Source: the human T2T-CHM13v2.0 reference genome, Homo sapiens. From it: DNA of 64,000 nucleotides. Position numbers and translations under genes: made by a program. Of the stretch, positions 40,147-53,330 are shown piece after piece. The number at the start of each line of letters is the position of its first letter. Position 1 is the stretch's first letter. The notes beneath the pieces were generated by a model that was not told where the DNA came from, made no database searches, and worked only from the letters and a program-made list of their open reading frames with translations. The stretch lies in the NCBI RefSeq assembly GCF_009914755.1, contig NC_060937.1. One strand, written 5' to 3'.

Positions 40147-41304
40147 AAAGTTTAGAATATTAATGACTGATTCCTAAATAATCTTCTAAATAAAACTGAG
40201 CAATAATATATTGAATTTTGGGGAAAAAAGGCAGTTTATACACATTTACATATTCATGAAGGAACCGCTGAAAAGCAAATTGTAGGCTCATATAAATATA
40301 TAACATTGTAGTGCTGCTTTTGTAAACAGTAATTTTAACAGGAAATTAAATTTTATCATAATCACAAATCAAACTTTCAGTTCTGTTCATGTAAGTTAAA
40401 GGTAACTTCTGCTGCATGAACACCATAAGCAGAAATTTTATTATTAAGCTTTTTTTACATAGCAACTAAATTTTAAAGGTTTCTTAAAAGCTCTCAAGGA
40501 TAATTTTATATTAGATGCCACCCAAGACACAATTAAAATTTTATGCACACTTATGCTGACAGTTGTCAGAAAATGCCTTGAGAACTTTGCATACTTTTCT
40601 TTCTGTATAAGAACAATTAATACAGATTCCCAGAAGGGTACGTAGTGTACGCAAGTAACTGGTTGACCCCCTTTGGGCAGATTTTAACTGCATTATGCCT
40701 TAGATATACAATAAACCATTAGTGGTAATTAAAATTCATTTAGTATCAGTGATAAGCTAAGGTATCATTAAAGGTCTTGACTTTGTCCTTAATTATTTGG
40801 GTTATTGTTTTTATTTAATTAGATCAGTTTAATGAGTCTTTGGTTGCAGTGTGACTCTACATTGAGCAACACACCTTGAAGGGCCACATCTTTGACAGCC
40901 TTGGCTGCTCATTTGTAATCTAATGGAGTTAACTTATTGAACTTCACACACCAGATTAGGTTAGTGAATTCTCTTAAGAAAGCAGACTGGATTGGGTTAC
41001 AAGTTTTGTCTAGATTTAGTAGAATTCAATTCAAGTCAACTAATGATGTACATTAAACAAACTCCTCTGAAGAATCCCTTCCTCCTTCTAACTATAAATT
41101 ACACTTATCCATTTCACTACTTTAATAACTATAAAAGACTCTGAAGGGAAGTTGCAAAATGGGGCATTCCCTCTTTATACAGACAAAGTCCCAATATTCT
41201 CTCAGATGGCACAAAAGTCATTTAAGGTTTCTCTGTGGAAGTGTCATTGTTCTTTTCTAAAATAATGTAAGGTAGAGAAACCTCCAGGTGTTAAGAGTAA
41301 TGAG

Positions 41305-41771
41305 AGTATATTCATTATTAGTGTTGTCATACAAAACTACCACACACAAGGTGGCTTAAAACAACATAAATTTATTCTTTCACATTTCTGAGGGCTAGAA
41401 GCACAATATCAAGGTGTCAGCATGAAGATATTCGCTCTGAAGGCACTAGGAAAAAAAATATTCCTTGCCTCTTTTAATTGTCGGTGGTTTCTGATGTTGC
41501 TTCGCTTCTGACAGCCTAATTTCAATCTGTGCCTCTGTTTTCATATGTCCATCTTCTCTGTGTGTTTCTGTGGCTTCACATAGTGTACTTCTCTCTGTTT
41601 CTCTCTCCACTCTTCCAAGGGTTTGGCATTGGATTTACGGACCACTCTAACCCAGTGTAACCTCATCTTAACCAATTACTTCTGCAAATATCCTGTTTCC
41701 AAATAACAGGGCCACATTCTGAGTTTCCAAATGGACATGAGTTTCGGGTGGAAACTGTCTGACCCACTACA
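41305..41771 (-). mobile_element. MLT1C-like MaLR LTR
   Basis: ggtggcttaaaacaacataaatttattct..caaggtgtcagca..acctcatcttaacc..tgcaaatatcctgtttccaaataa. Confidence 0.85.
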
Positions 41772-42251
41772 GAGTAGATACTCAGTTATAGACAAATAAC
41801 TGAAAGAATTCTGAAAATGTGCTCCTGCATCTACTTGAACCAGAGAATCAGAGAAGTTCCTTGGAGTTTTGTTTATCTGTAAATTGATTACTGTTTTCCT
41901 TATCTGTAATTGGTGAGTAGTTTTCCTCGTCTGTAAATTAATGAGGCTCTTTTAATTTTTAGTTCCTACAATGTTTGTTTGCATTTAAAAGGCTTGCGCA
42001 TATAGATAAAATGAGTTAAGGAAAAGCCTTGGGAGATCTGTGTAAAACAGCAGATGAGAAGCCTTTAAAGGAGACAATGTGAATATTTTTGGTGGGTTTA
42101 GACTAATAATCATTTTTACCATAAATGATATCATTTCTATCTTATTTATGTAAAGTACTCTGTGAAATATCCAACGGAATATTTCCACTAGTGACCTAAT
42201 GACACGAGACTACAAAATTAGGTTTGATCAGCAGAATATACCAATAAAGCA

Positions 42252-42826
42252 TGTTATAGTTACTTTAATGTGTTGACTTGACTAGGCTATAGCACCCAGT
42301 TATGCAATCAGATTCCAATCTTGGTGTTGTTATGAAGGTGTTTTATAGATGTTCATATCTATAATTCGTTGAATTTATGTAAAGAAGGTTGCCCTCACTA
42401 ATGTGGGTGTGCCTTGTCCAATCAGTCGAGGGCCTTAAAATCAAAAAACTAGAATTTTCTGGGAAAGAAGAAGTTCTACTTCCAAGCTACAACAGCAACT
42501 ACTGCATGAGTTTCCAGCTGCTGGCCTGCCCTATCCAATTTAGACTTGCCAGCTCCTACAATCGTGTGAGCCTATTCCTTAAAATAAATATCCTTATGTA
42601 TATCTATGTGTGTGTTTTTAAACATTAAAGTCAAATATATATATATTTAAATATATATATGTTTAAATATATATATAAAAACATATATATGTTTAAATAT
42701 ATAAATATATATCTCCGAGATATTTATATATTTATATATTTAAACATATATATATTTAAATATATGTATATATAAATATATATATCTATCTCCCATTGGT
42801 TCTGATTCTGTGGAGAACCCTATACA
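42252..42826 (+). mobile_element. MLT2D-like ERVL LTR with an expanded internal AT-rich tract
   Basis: gacttgactaggcta..aatgtgggtg..ccaatcagtcgagggcctt..acaatcgtgtgagcc..ttggttctgattctgtggagaaccc. Confidence 0.85.
42633..42788. repeat. AT-rich imperfect palindromic (TA)n tract
   Basis: Arms are reverse complements around atctc-c-gagat (centre 42716). Confidence 0.8.
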
Positions 42827-43259
42827 ACTATTATGTATCTATCATATGAGAAATAAACACTTTTTTCTTTAAAAAGGTGAGCCACATAGTCATCATAATA
42901 AAGGAAATTTTCAATATTTATAACTTTCAAATTAATATGTGTGTGTAGAAAGTCATATGGTCATAAAATGCAACTTTCCTTAGAAGAAATATACAAATAT
43001 AATAATAATGGAGTGTTAATCAAAATATCTTTACTTTTCAATAATTTTACATGTTTTTATTTTTACTCCATTCTATATTCTCATTAACGTAATGCTCTTC
43101 TTGAGGAAGAGTATTAAATAATATCAAATCAGTTGCACGTTAGATGAAAATCACTGACACGTTATCGTTTCATATCACTAGTAGACAGAATGAAATAATC
43201 AGCAGTATATATAACCTGCACCTCAAATTTAGTCAAAATAGTTATATGAGTAAAATGAT

Positions 43260-43567
<308 letters not shown>

Positions 43568-43910
43568 TTAATCTGTTCAGTTAGTAAAATTCTTTCCAGT
43601 TTGAGAAGTGAATATTCACCACTGTAAGAAAGTTAAAGAGGGTATACAGAAAAGTCAATTGAATTAAACATATTTAAAAAGACACCTCTTAAAAACCCAA
43701 TCTTTCAAACACCATGCAGTATAAACAAATCAGAAAAAGAAAATATAGAAATGAAACACAGTACACAGTGGTGCTGTGCTACAAGAGCTTTGTCTCTAAG
43801 CAGAGATCATGGAGACTGAAATTACCCTTGGATCACATTCTGTGATGCATTCTGGAAATGAACTTAACGGGGACACAGCCAACTTCCATCACACTTGCAA
43901 TTGGTGCTCA

Positions 43911-43924
43911 CCTCTAGAGGGCCA
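43911..43924 (+). promoter_or_regulatory. Candidate CTCF core motif
   Basis: CCTCTAGAGGGCCA is close to the CCASYAGRKGGCRS consensus, in unique sequence. Confidence 0.35.
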
Positions 43925-44393
43925 TCTACTGAGTCTGAACAGCTCCTTACTGCCCAGTGGTTGAATACAGGTAAGTTCCATATAGTAATGCCTTGACTCC
44001 ATTGTTTACAGATACAGAATTAGAAATGTACCATCATTGAATTATTTTCTTCCTATCTGATATAAACTTTATACTTATGATATACAGGACCTTTGATGCC
44101 TTATTTAAAGAGCAGCAAGCTCCCATGACTACAGGGACTGGATCTCTCTATTTTGCTAATATTTCCCTATTTCCTATCACTGTTTTTCGGTCCAGTATTA
44201 TATTACCAGGAAAAACTTCATAATGAACCTTTACCTGTTTCCTTAATTGAATGAAAATGTACACTGACAATGTTGACTAAGGACATGCCTGACTCTTATA
44301 TGAACTTCAGAACTTACCAAACATACTCAATTAACTTCAGTAATGGTGGTTTCACACAAACACACACATTCATATGACACGTATATATGAAAG

Positions 44394-44929
44394 TGATGCA
44401 GGCCAGGCAGGTGAGCCCCCGAATTGGAGCTTAGGCCTTGAGGGTTCTTGGTTTTTCCCAGGAAAGAATTCAAGAAAGAGCCAGTGGTGTTAGGAATCTT
44501 TTATTGAATGATATTGCTTCTAGTAGAACAGTGCTACCTTACAGGCAGTTCACCCAGAGTTAGCTACCTATGGGCAGTAGACAACTGTATCTGCAGGTAC
44601 TTGCAATTATATGCAAATTAAGGAGTGGTTTAATGTAAATTGAAGGACAGGTTATTTAGAACTTTCTATGAAAGGAGAGGTAACTTCCAGGTTTTTGCCA
44701 TGGAAAGGGGCAGTAATTTCCAGGTTGTTGCCATGGCATTTGTAAACTGTCATGAGATTGATGCGGCCATCAATACATCTTATGCTAATTAACAATTAGA
44801 GCAGCTAGGGATTGTTTTCCTCTCCATATGGTTTCAGCCAGTTTCTTCATTTTACACTGCCTGGACCAGATCTTGTTTTACTCAGCAGGGTTGTGAACAG
44901 AAAACAAGTCTTGCAGGTCTCCTACCTCA
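44394..44929 (-). mobile_element. ERV1 solo LTR (MER83/MER41 group)
   Basis: TG..CA ends (minus strand starts tgaggtaggag); 4-bp TSD aaag at 44390-44393 and 44930-44933. Confidence 0.8.
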
Positions 44930-45479
44930 AAAGGGCAAGCTCATTTTTATTCAGGCTGATCTAATATTACTTGGCCAGTTTGAATAACAGACTGTTTAGT
45001 GTAAATACAGATCGGATATAAAAATGGTTCAAGCAAACCTAGATGTCCTTTAAATTTTTGGTACCCTAAGACTACATGATTACATTGAATAAGAAAAACA
45101 AGGTATTTTTAATTTCCTTTATTTGATTTGCATGTTAATTCTCATTAAGTTTGTTTTATTGGTCACTTAGAATCAAGGCAAATAGGAAAATAGCTATTTG
45201 CATTGAGAAATCTACATATTTGTTTTATCCTGTTTAAAATATCTGGTATACTAAGTGAGCCAGAATAAACATTCTGATACTGATAAACCTATCTCTAGGT
45301 TTTTATTCTCTATTAAATAGATTCAAAATAGAAACATATCAAATGAGTTAATAAAAAATTTCAAGACATGTAATAAAAATCAGGCTGTTTTAATTAGATG
45401 ATGGCATGTCAATTTTGCTTCCATATCTGATAAAATTTGGCTTTTACATTTTTACAAATTATACACTTATTGTCATACA

Positions 45480-47051
45480 CAGTAATGTGCCATATTATAA
45501 CATTTCAGTCAATGACAGACCACGTCTATAACTATGGTCTCATAACATTACAATGGCACTTGAAAATTCCTATCACCTAGTGATGTTTTAACCATGATAC
45601 CATTGTAGTTCAATGCCTTATTCAATTGTTTGTGATGATGTTGGCGTAAACAACTCTACTAGCTTATTAAAAGTATGGCGCACACACTTATTTACAGTAG
45701 GTAGTACTTGATAATGATAATAATCTACTCTGTTACTGGTTTATGTATTTACTATGCTATACCTTTCATTTTTATTTTACTTTATTTTATTTTATTTTAT
45801 TTTATTTTATTTATTTATTTATTTATTTATTTTGAGACGGAGTCTCACTCTGTTGCCCAGGCTGGAGTGCAGTGGCACATCTTGGCTCACTGCAAGCTCC
45901 ACTTCCCGGGTTCACGCCATTCTGCCTCAGCCTCCTGAGTAGCTGGAACTACAGGCACCCACCACCATGTCTGGCTATTTTTTTCTATCTTTTTTTAATA
46001 GAGACAGGTTTCACCATGTTAGCCAGGATGGTCTCGATCTCCTGACCTCATGATCCATCCATCTCGGCCTCCCAAAGTGCTGGGATTACAGGCATGAGCC
46101 ACCGCACCCGGCCATCTTTATTTTTTAAAGTATACTTCTTCTATTTATTAAAAAAAAAAAAAGTTAACTATAAAGCAGCCTCAGGTAGACCTTCCAGAAA
46201 GCAGTCTAGAAGAAGGCATTGTTATCATAGGAGATGACAGCACACACATGTTATTGCTTCTGAAGACCTTCCAATGGGACAAGATGTGGAGGTGGAAGAC
46301 AGTGATACAGATGATCCTGACCTTATAGGCCTAGGCTAATGTGTGTGTTTGTATCTTCGTTTTTAACAAACAGTTCAAAAATTAAAAAACCATTATAAAT
46401 AGAAAAAATTTAAAATAGAAAAAGCCTTATAGAATGTGGATATAAAGAAAGAAAATATTTTTGTACAGCTATAAAATATGTTCCTGTTTTAAGCTAAGTG
46501 TTATTACCAAAGAGTAAAAATGTTAAAAAAGATTGAAAGTTTATAAAGTAAAACTACTACAGTAAACTGAGGTTAATTTATTACTAGAGAAAGAAACAAT
46601 TAATATATTTGATTTAGCTCAAATATGCAGAGTTTATAAAGTTTACAGTAGTGTACAGTAATGTCCTGGGCTTTCCCGCTCACTGCTCACTCACTGACTC
46701 ACCCAGAGCTATTTCCAGTCCTGCAAGCTTCATTTGTGGTGAGTGCTCTGTATAAATGTAACATTTTTTACTCCTTTGTACTGTATTTTTACTGTGTCTT
46801 TCCTATGTTTCCATATGTTTAGGTACACAAATATTTGTCATTATGTTATAATTGCACTTAGTATTCAGTAAAGTAACATGCTGTACAGGTTCCTAGCCTA
46901 GGAGCAAATTAGGCTATGCCATACAGCTTAGGTGTCTGTAACCTAGACCATCTAGTTTTGTCCAAGTACACTTTATGATGTTCACACAACTATAAGATCA
47001 CCTAAGGACACATTTTTTAGAATGTATTCTGTCATTAAAGGACACATACTG
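45480..47051. mobile_element. Tigger3b (Golem-family TcMar) non-autonomous element interrupted by AluY
   Basis: cagtaatgtgcc..tttcagtcaatgacagaccac start; cactcactgactcacccagagc; catgctgtacaggtt..tagcctaggagcaa; ends ctg followed by ta. Confidence 0.85.
45767..46113 (-). mobile_element. AluY with (TTTTA)n/(TTTA)n tail
   Basis: Y diagnostics ctgcaagctcc, ttcacgccattc, ttagccaggatggtctcgatctcctgacc. Confidence 0.95.
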
Positions 47052-47815
47052 TAATTACTTCAGTCTTCCACCTAGTTATTCATCTTACCAAACTTTATAG
47101 AAATGAAATTCAATTTAAAATTTGTAAATTAATCACTTCTTATTTGTAATGTCAGCAGTATTTGCTAACAAGCATTACCTACTATTGAGATCACAGTAAA
47201 GCTTACATACTTTGTATGACACCTTGAAGAGCCAAGAGTGCCTTAGGCACATTTATTCTTAATCTGAGGGTATTATATGCCCTAGTGGAAAACAAAACAA
47301 AGCAAAACAGTATCCTTAATATTCTGCATTTCATAGTTAACGTTTTTACCTTTGTTCAAATCAACAGAGTCTATAAGGCAATTGTTGGGCGATTAAGGTT
47401 AATTAAATTGACTTTCTAGTAACCATTGTCATACTCTCCCACTGAACCATACAGTAGATTTTCTAACGGGTGCAAAGGTGATTACGTTCTGCACTACTTC
47501 CAGTATTGGAAAGAACATTCTTACATCCTGTCTGTACTTGTTTTAGAATATAGTCTTTCTTGTTAACTCTGATCAAAGTTAAATATGCCCATGATAGTTC
47601 CACTAATTTTACCCAAAAATAACATAAATAATTGCCATGTTGATTGTCTTTAATAATTTGTGAAAGGAAATTTTCTTGGGAGTATTCTAATTTTAAAAAG
47701 TGATTTGCCCATTTCCCCTTCGGTATAATAGAGCAAGACTGTGAGGCCCATAAGATAGAATGCGCATTTTTAAATAATCTTGATTCAAGTGGATATGTCA
47801 GTATATAAATTAAGT

Positions 47816-47927
47816 CATAATAATATGATATTTAATTATATTATTATATAATAATATGATATTTAATCATATTATTATATAATAATATATTTAATCATAT
47901 TATATAATAATATATATATTTAATTAT
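47816..47927. repeat. AT-rich ~31-bp tandem repeat, ~3.5 copies
   Basis: ataataatatgatatttaat(t/c)atattattat repeated. Confidence 0.8.
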
Positions 47928-48209
47928 AAAATAGTAAACTTAAAACAGTGAGATGTATAGAAGCTTTTTGTTGTTTGCGTGTGTATTTGTATGTATGTAT
48001 GTATGTATGTTTGTGTTTTCGTGCCCATCTTTTCATTACCTTAACTGTTAAGAAGAGCAATTTATACCTTCATTGTGTAATAAGTTGTGGTATGCCAAAA
48101 CTTAACACTGAAGTCTTCTGGAATCGACATTTTAAATTTTGCAATATTAGAGCCTCATAATTCAAATTGTCACTCCATTTATTAAAGGTCTATGCCTGTA
48201 AAAAATTTA

Positions 48210-48660
<451 letters not shown>

Positions 48661-49397
48661 TTAAAAGGCCTACATTTGAGCAAAATAGAGTTTCATTTTC
48701 ATGAAAAAAATGGGAGCTTTTCAAAGGTAATTCTAATTATTAGTCATGACACTCATGAATAATGCTTATGTTTACTTTTTAAATTTAAGAAACACTCTCC
48801 CAGAGTAACCAAAACTTGAAAAGAATCTTGAAGTTTTAATTTGATTAAAAATGCCATCGATAATGTTTTTTATTAAAACATTATATGATTAAAAATCAGA
48901 AGCTTATTTCTGATTTTTAATGTTTTGTTAAAAAGGAAGTTTTTAAAGTTTCTTTTATTTGGATAATTAATTCAAGGAAAACCATACCACCATAAGTGAG
49001 AGAAGACTTAAACTTCTCAACTCATTGCAATTTGTCTTATTCTATTTCCAAGAAATTCTTTTCCTCTGACATATGTTTCCAAGGTAGCTTTGACAATTTT
49101 TGATATATGTATTTAATGTATATACGTACACAAAATATATACATGTGTATATATAAATCAAGCCTATATATAAATGAAATGTATATAAACCGTATGTATA
49201 TGTTAGCATGGCAGCATTTTCGGTTAGCTTTTTGTTTGTTAAGAAGTTGGAGTTTTGAGGGGAGGGGGAAGGATTAGTACTTTGCATCAAATAGCTTGCT
49301 TTATGATGGTAGAATTGCTTTTACTTTTGTGATTTTTTTTTGAAGTGAAATTCAGCTTTTTGCACAAGTAGTGCTATTATACACATCATCAGTGTCT

Positions 49398-49497
49398 TAC
49401 ATGTACTGTATTACATTCCATACCCTCATTTAATTCTTAATAAACTGTACATATACCGTATCACATTCCATACCTTCATTTAATTCTCAATAAACTG
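49398..49497 (+). repeat. 50-bp tandem duplication, each unit carrying AATAAA
   Basis: 49398-49447 vs 49448-49497 is 45/50 identical, all differences transitions. Confidence 0.9.
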
Positions 49498-49713
49498 TTC
49501 ACTTATTTTTTTTTAAAAAAAGGTTTTTTTGGACTGGGTCCAGGGCACTGCTGCTCAGTTAAACCTCTTTTCTTTAACTGACCTCTAAAGAGGTCAAATC
49601 AGATTAATTTTTTAAGAGTTTGAATCAAAAATTTGATCTAAATATTAGGTATATCTTCGGAGCACCTATAAAGATCATTTTGTTGGTTATATGGTAGTAA
49701 TCAAAATAATTAA

Positions 49714-49845
49714 GGCTGGGTGTGTTGCCTCATGCCTGTAATCCCAGCACTTTGGGAGGCCAATGCTGGAGGATTGCTTGAGTCCAGGAGTTCCAGCCAG
49801 CCTGGGCAAAATGGCGAGACCCTATCTCTATTTAAAACAAAAAGA
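49714..49845 (+). mobile_element. FLAM_C / Alu left monomer
   Basis: ggctggg..ggaggattgcttgagtccaggagtt..gagaccctatctcta plus A-rich tail. Confidence 0.9.
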
Positions 49846-50489
49846 GAATTAATAGATGAGTCTGTAAGAAATGCCACTTAGGACTCATGGCCAAAATAAT
49901 ACTATTTTTTTTCTTAAGATTCTTGAATAGAAAACAAACTTGTATCAACATTAATTGAAAAAAATACAATATCTCATCTAAAAACTCACCTTCTATATTT
50001 AGCCCAAGAGCAATCATAATTTTTAAAGGAGGAAAGTCTATAATTCAAAAACATTTTTCAGTGAAGAGCACAGAGATAATTCAATACAGATAACTTTAAC
50101 TCTTTAATTTTAATTTATTACTATGTAACATCTATATTCTTATTTGCTTAATGTTGGTTGATTTGCGTTTTATAATAATTGTTTAATGATTTAAGCTTCA
50201 GGAATAAATTCAAGTAATAGAATATCACAGAAAGTTCATAAAACCCTTATTATGAGATAGAAATTAAAATATACTTAGTATTTATATCAAAAATTATAGT
50301 ATAAGAATATTAATATTTTATAAGCTTTCTCAGAAACAAATGAGATTGAGACTTCTGGTTTTTCCCTAATATCTCTTCCCAATTACCCCATAGAAACATA
50401 TGTTATGGTTGATTATGTGGACACCCTGATATATTTTTCAGCCTGCTTTGGGAGGCTAAATGAATTGTAAACACTTTGCATGGGATGTG

Positions 50490-50736
50490 TTTGACCTCTT
50501 CTTCATTCCCTCCACCATCTTTCTGCCAGGTTGATGGAGCTAACATCTTGAACCTTAAGTTAAAGGCAATGCATGGTGAAGCAAACAGTAAAAAGAAGCC
50601 TGTGTCCTTGATAGCACAGAGCCCCATATCAGTTCTGAATTTTTACATGAGAGAAAAATAAACTTTCATCTTGTTTAAGCCACATGACGTTCGGGTTTTC
50701 TGTCACTTGCAGCTAAACCCCCTCTTACCTAATACA
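50490..50736 (+). mobile_element. MLT1J-like LTR 3' part
   Basis: tgagagaaaaataaactttcatcttgtttaagccac..tctgtcacttgcagctaaac..ctaataca. Confidence 0.7.
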
Positions 50737-52751
50737 GATTTGTGGGAAGGAAGAGGGATGATGCCAACTAAATAGGCTGGCATTTTTATCAACGAACACT
50801 CATTCTTTACCTTTTAAGTGATTCATGAACACGCTAGAGAGACATTGTAAACTGAATGTTTATGACAATACAAATGATACTCTAGACTAATATCCCTGAT
50901 TTCTCTGCTACAACTTGTTTGATTAGCCCCTTGACATTACTCTCAATTGAGGGAAAGCAAAAGTAATTCATGACATTTTTAGAAATGTGGCTAATCTACT
51001 TTCACAAGCTTTCCAGCTGGGGATTTCAAGTTGAGGGTGACTATAGTTAATTTTTTTAATTTCTCGTTTTCTAAGGGAACCAGAGCTTTTCTACTAACAA
51101 ATACTTTATTTTTTGCTGTTATTGTTGGCTAAGAGTGTCTTTACTTTGAGGTGATGTGTAACCTCCCTAAAACGACCTTGGAACTCAGATCCCCAAGGAC
51201 CATATCCAATTTAAGCTGTCTCCACCAAAGGGAAGCTAGATTGTTATTTTTTATAGGGACGGACTTGAAGCACAATGCATTTCACTGTGGAATAGATACG
51301 GAATATGATTCATAGCACTGCTCACCAGGTGAGGAAAGGGCACGTGCAATCATATGTCCTTCTGCTGTTCCTCAGCTTTCTCTCCTCTGTTAAAAAGAAT
51401 TACAAAGCAGGTGGCAACATAGGGGAAAACTGAGAATGAGGAGGTGACAGGAAATGAAAGAGTTCTAGAAACATGTCAAATTTAAGTCACAGTCATGGTG
51501 ACAGCTAATCAATTTTTTAAATTCTCCATATACTCTACTTCTAATTGATAGTGTAAACATAAACACTGATGTCCCAATGACATAGAAGAAGTTATTTAGT
51601 AGATTTCAAGTCTGAAGCAGAAACAAACTTTGGTTAATTTGTTAACCAAATTACCAAATTGAATTTACCAAATTTTGGTAAATTCAAGGCTATGGTCAGC
51701 TATCAGTGTACATTTGTAAATTATATTTTTTTCATCTTCTGCGTTAAAACCACGTAGAATAATTTTCTACTTTCAAAAGAAATAAAAGCACATATAATGT
51801 AGGACAGCAATTTCAGGGTCCAAATAACCGATATTTGCTTATTCATTTTTTCAAATAAAGAAATAAATGTATTTCATATGAAGATTTTGTCCTGAGTGAG
51901 AGACGTATGTGATTTTTGTATCATTCATTACTAAATATTAAAAGCAAAATGAACCTCTTTGTGAACAGGCTGAACACAAAGAATATTAATGTTGCTTGTC
52001 TTATAGTTGTCAATCCCCTATAGAGTTCTCTCTCCAGGCCACCAAAGATGAGGCGACTGATGCCTTGTTTTGTCCTACCACCTCTCTACCTGAATCTGTT
52101 TTGAGGCAGATGTTCACCCTGATCTCTACTCTTACATAGTCTATGGCAAAACAGTGAGACTCAATATTATCCATGTCACTCCCAAACGTGTAATCTTGGT
52201 TGAATTTTACTGATATTGATTCCTGGATTCTAAATTATTCCCCTATCTCAACCTATGCTGCTTTAGTGTTTAGTTCAGTGGAGAATTTCACAGTCAGCGT
52301 TCCTTTGGGCTATTTTTCTGGGGTCTCCTAGGCGCGATATTTGCATGTCTGGATGGCTTCCTCCTATCTCCGTTTTATATTGCCTTAGACTCTCAGTACT
52401 GATATGACTAATAGGAGACCAAAATTTGTATGATGTGATTCCCTCTCAGGTTATGTGAACATAACTCCAATAACTGCTGAACTATTCAGTGAATCCCATG
52501 CCAGAGCCTGATGCCTGTCTCAATTCTTTGTGTTGTTGAGGTAGTCAGTCTTGCCTTCAGTTTAGTTCCATAAACTTACACTGAGAACCTACCACATGCC
52601 AAGAACTGGATACATGGAAGTAAAAAGATAATGATTAAATACTTTGGGGGGAAATCACACATATAAAAATCAACATAATGTGTTTGATAATATCAATGAT
52701 TGGTCTGGAGATTTAATATTTTGTAGTAGTGAAAAGAAGAAAGATGAGGAA

Positions 52752-53123
52752 TGTACTAGTCCATTCTCATGCTGCTAATAAAGATATACCCAAGCCTGGG
52801 TAATTTATAAAGGAAAGAGGTTTAATTGACTCACACTTCAGCGTGACTGGGGAGGTCTCAGGAAATTTACAATCATGGCAGAAGGGGAAGCAAACACGTC
52901 CTTCTTCACATGGTGGCGGGAGAGAGAAGTGTCAAGCCAAAGGGGGAAAATTCCCTTATAAAAGCATCAGATCTTGTGAGAACTCGCTATCACAAGAATT
53001 GCATGAGGGTAACCACTCCCAAGATTCAATTACCTCTCACCTGGCCCCTCCTACAACACATGGATATTATGGAAACTACAATTCAACATGAGATTTGGGT
53101 GGCGACATAGCCAAACTATATCA
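52752..53123 (-). mobile_element. THE1C solo LTR
   Basis: tgtactagtccattctcatgctgctaataaaga..ggaagcaaacacgtccttcttcacatgg..ccaaactatatca; TSD aggaa/gggaa. Confidence 0.92.
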
Positions 53124-53224
53124 GGGAACTATACCAGTCAAAAAGAACATTCAATTCCAAAACAAAAAATCACTAACTATTTTGATGCAGGCTGAAGAAA
53201 GAACCAGTATGACAGCAAACCTTC

Positions 53225-53330
53225 CTTATGCATCCTTGTATCTCCAGCACCTAGCTTATAGCCTAGAGAATAGTTGAAATTTACTAAGTACTTGTGGAAT
53301 GGATTATTGATTGACTGAATTAATAAATAT
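53225..53330 (+). mobile_element. L2 3' terminus
   Basis: tgtatctccagcacctagc..gcctag..tacttgtggaatggat..tgaattaataaat. Confidence 0.6.

Noticed and set aside
45480-47051. Tigger transposase gene
   Set aside because: Non-autonomous Tigger3b deletion derivative, interrupted by an Alu, with no long ORF.
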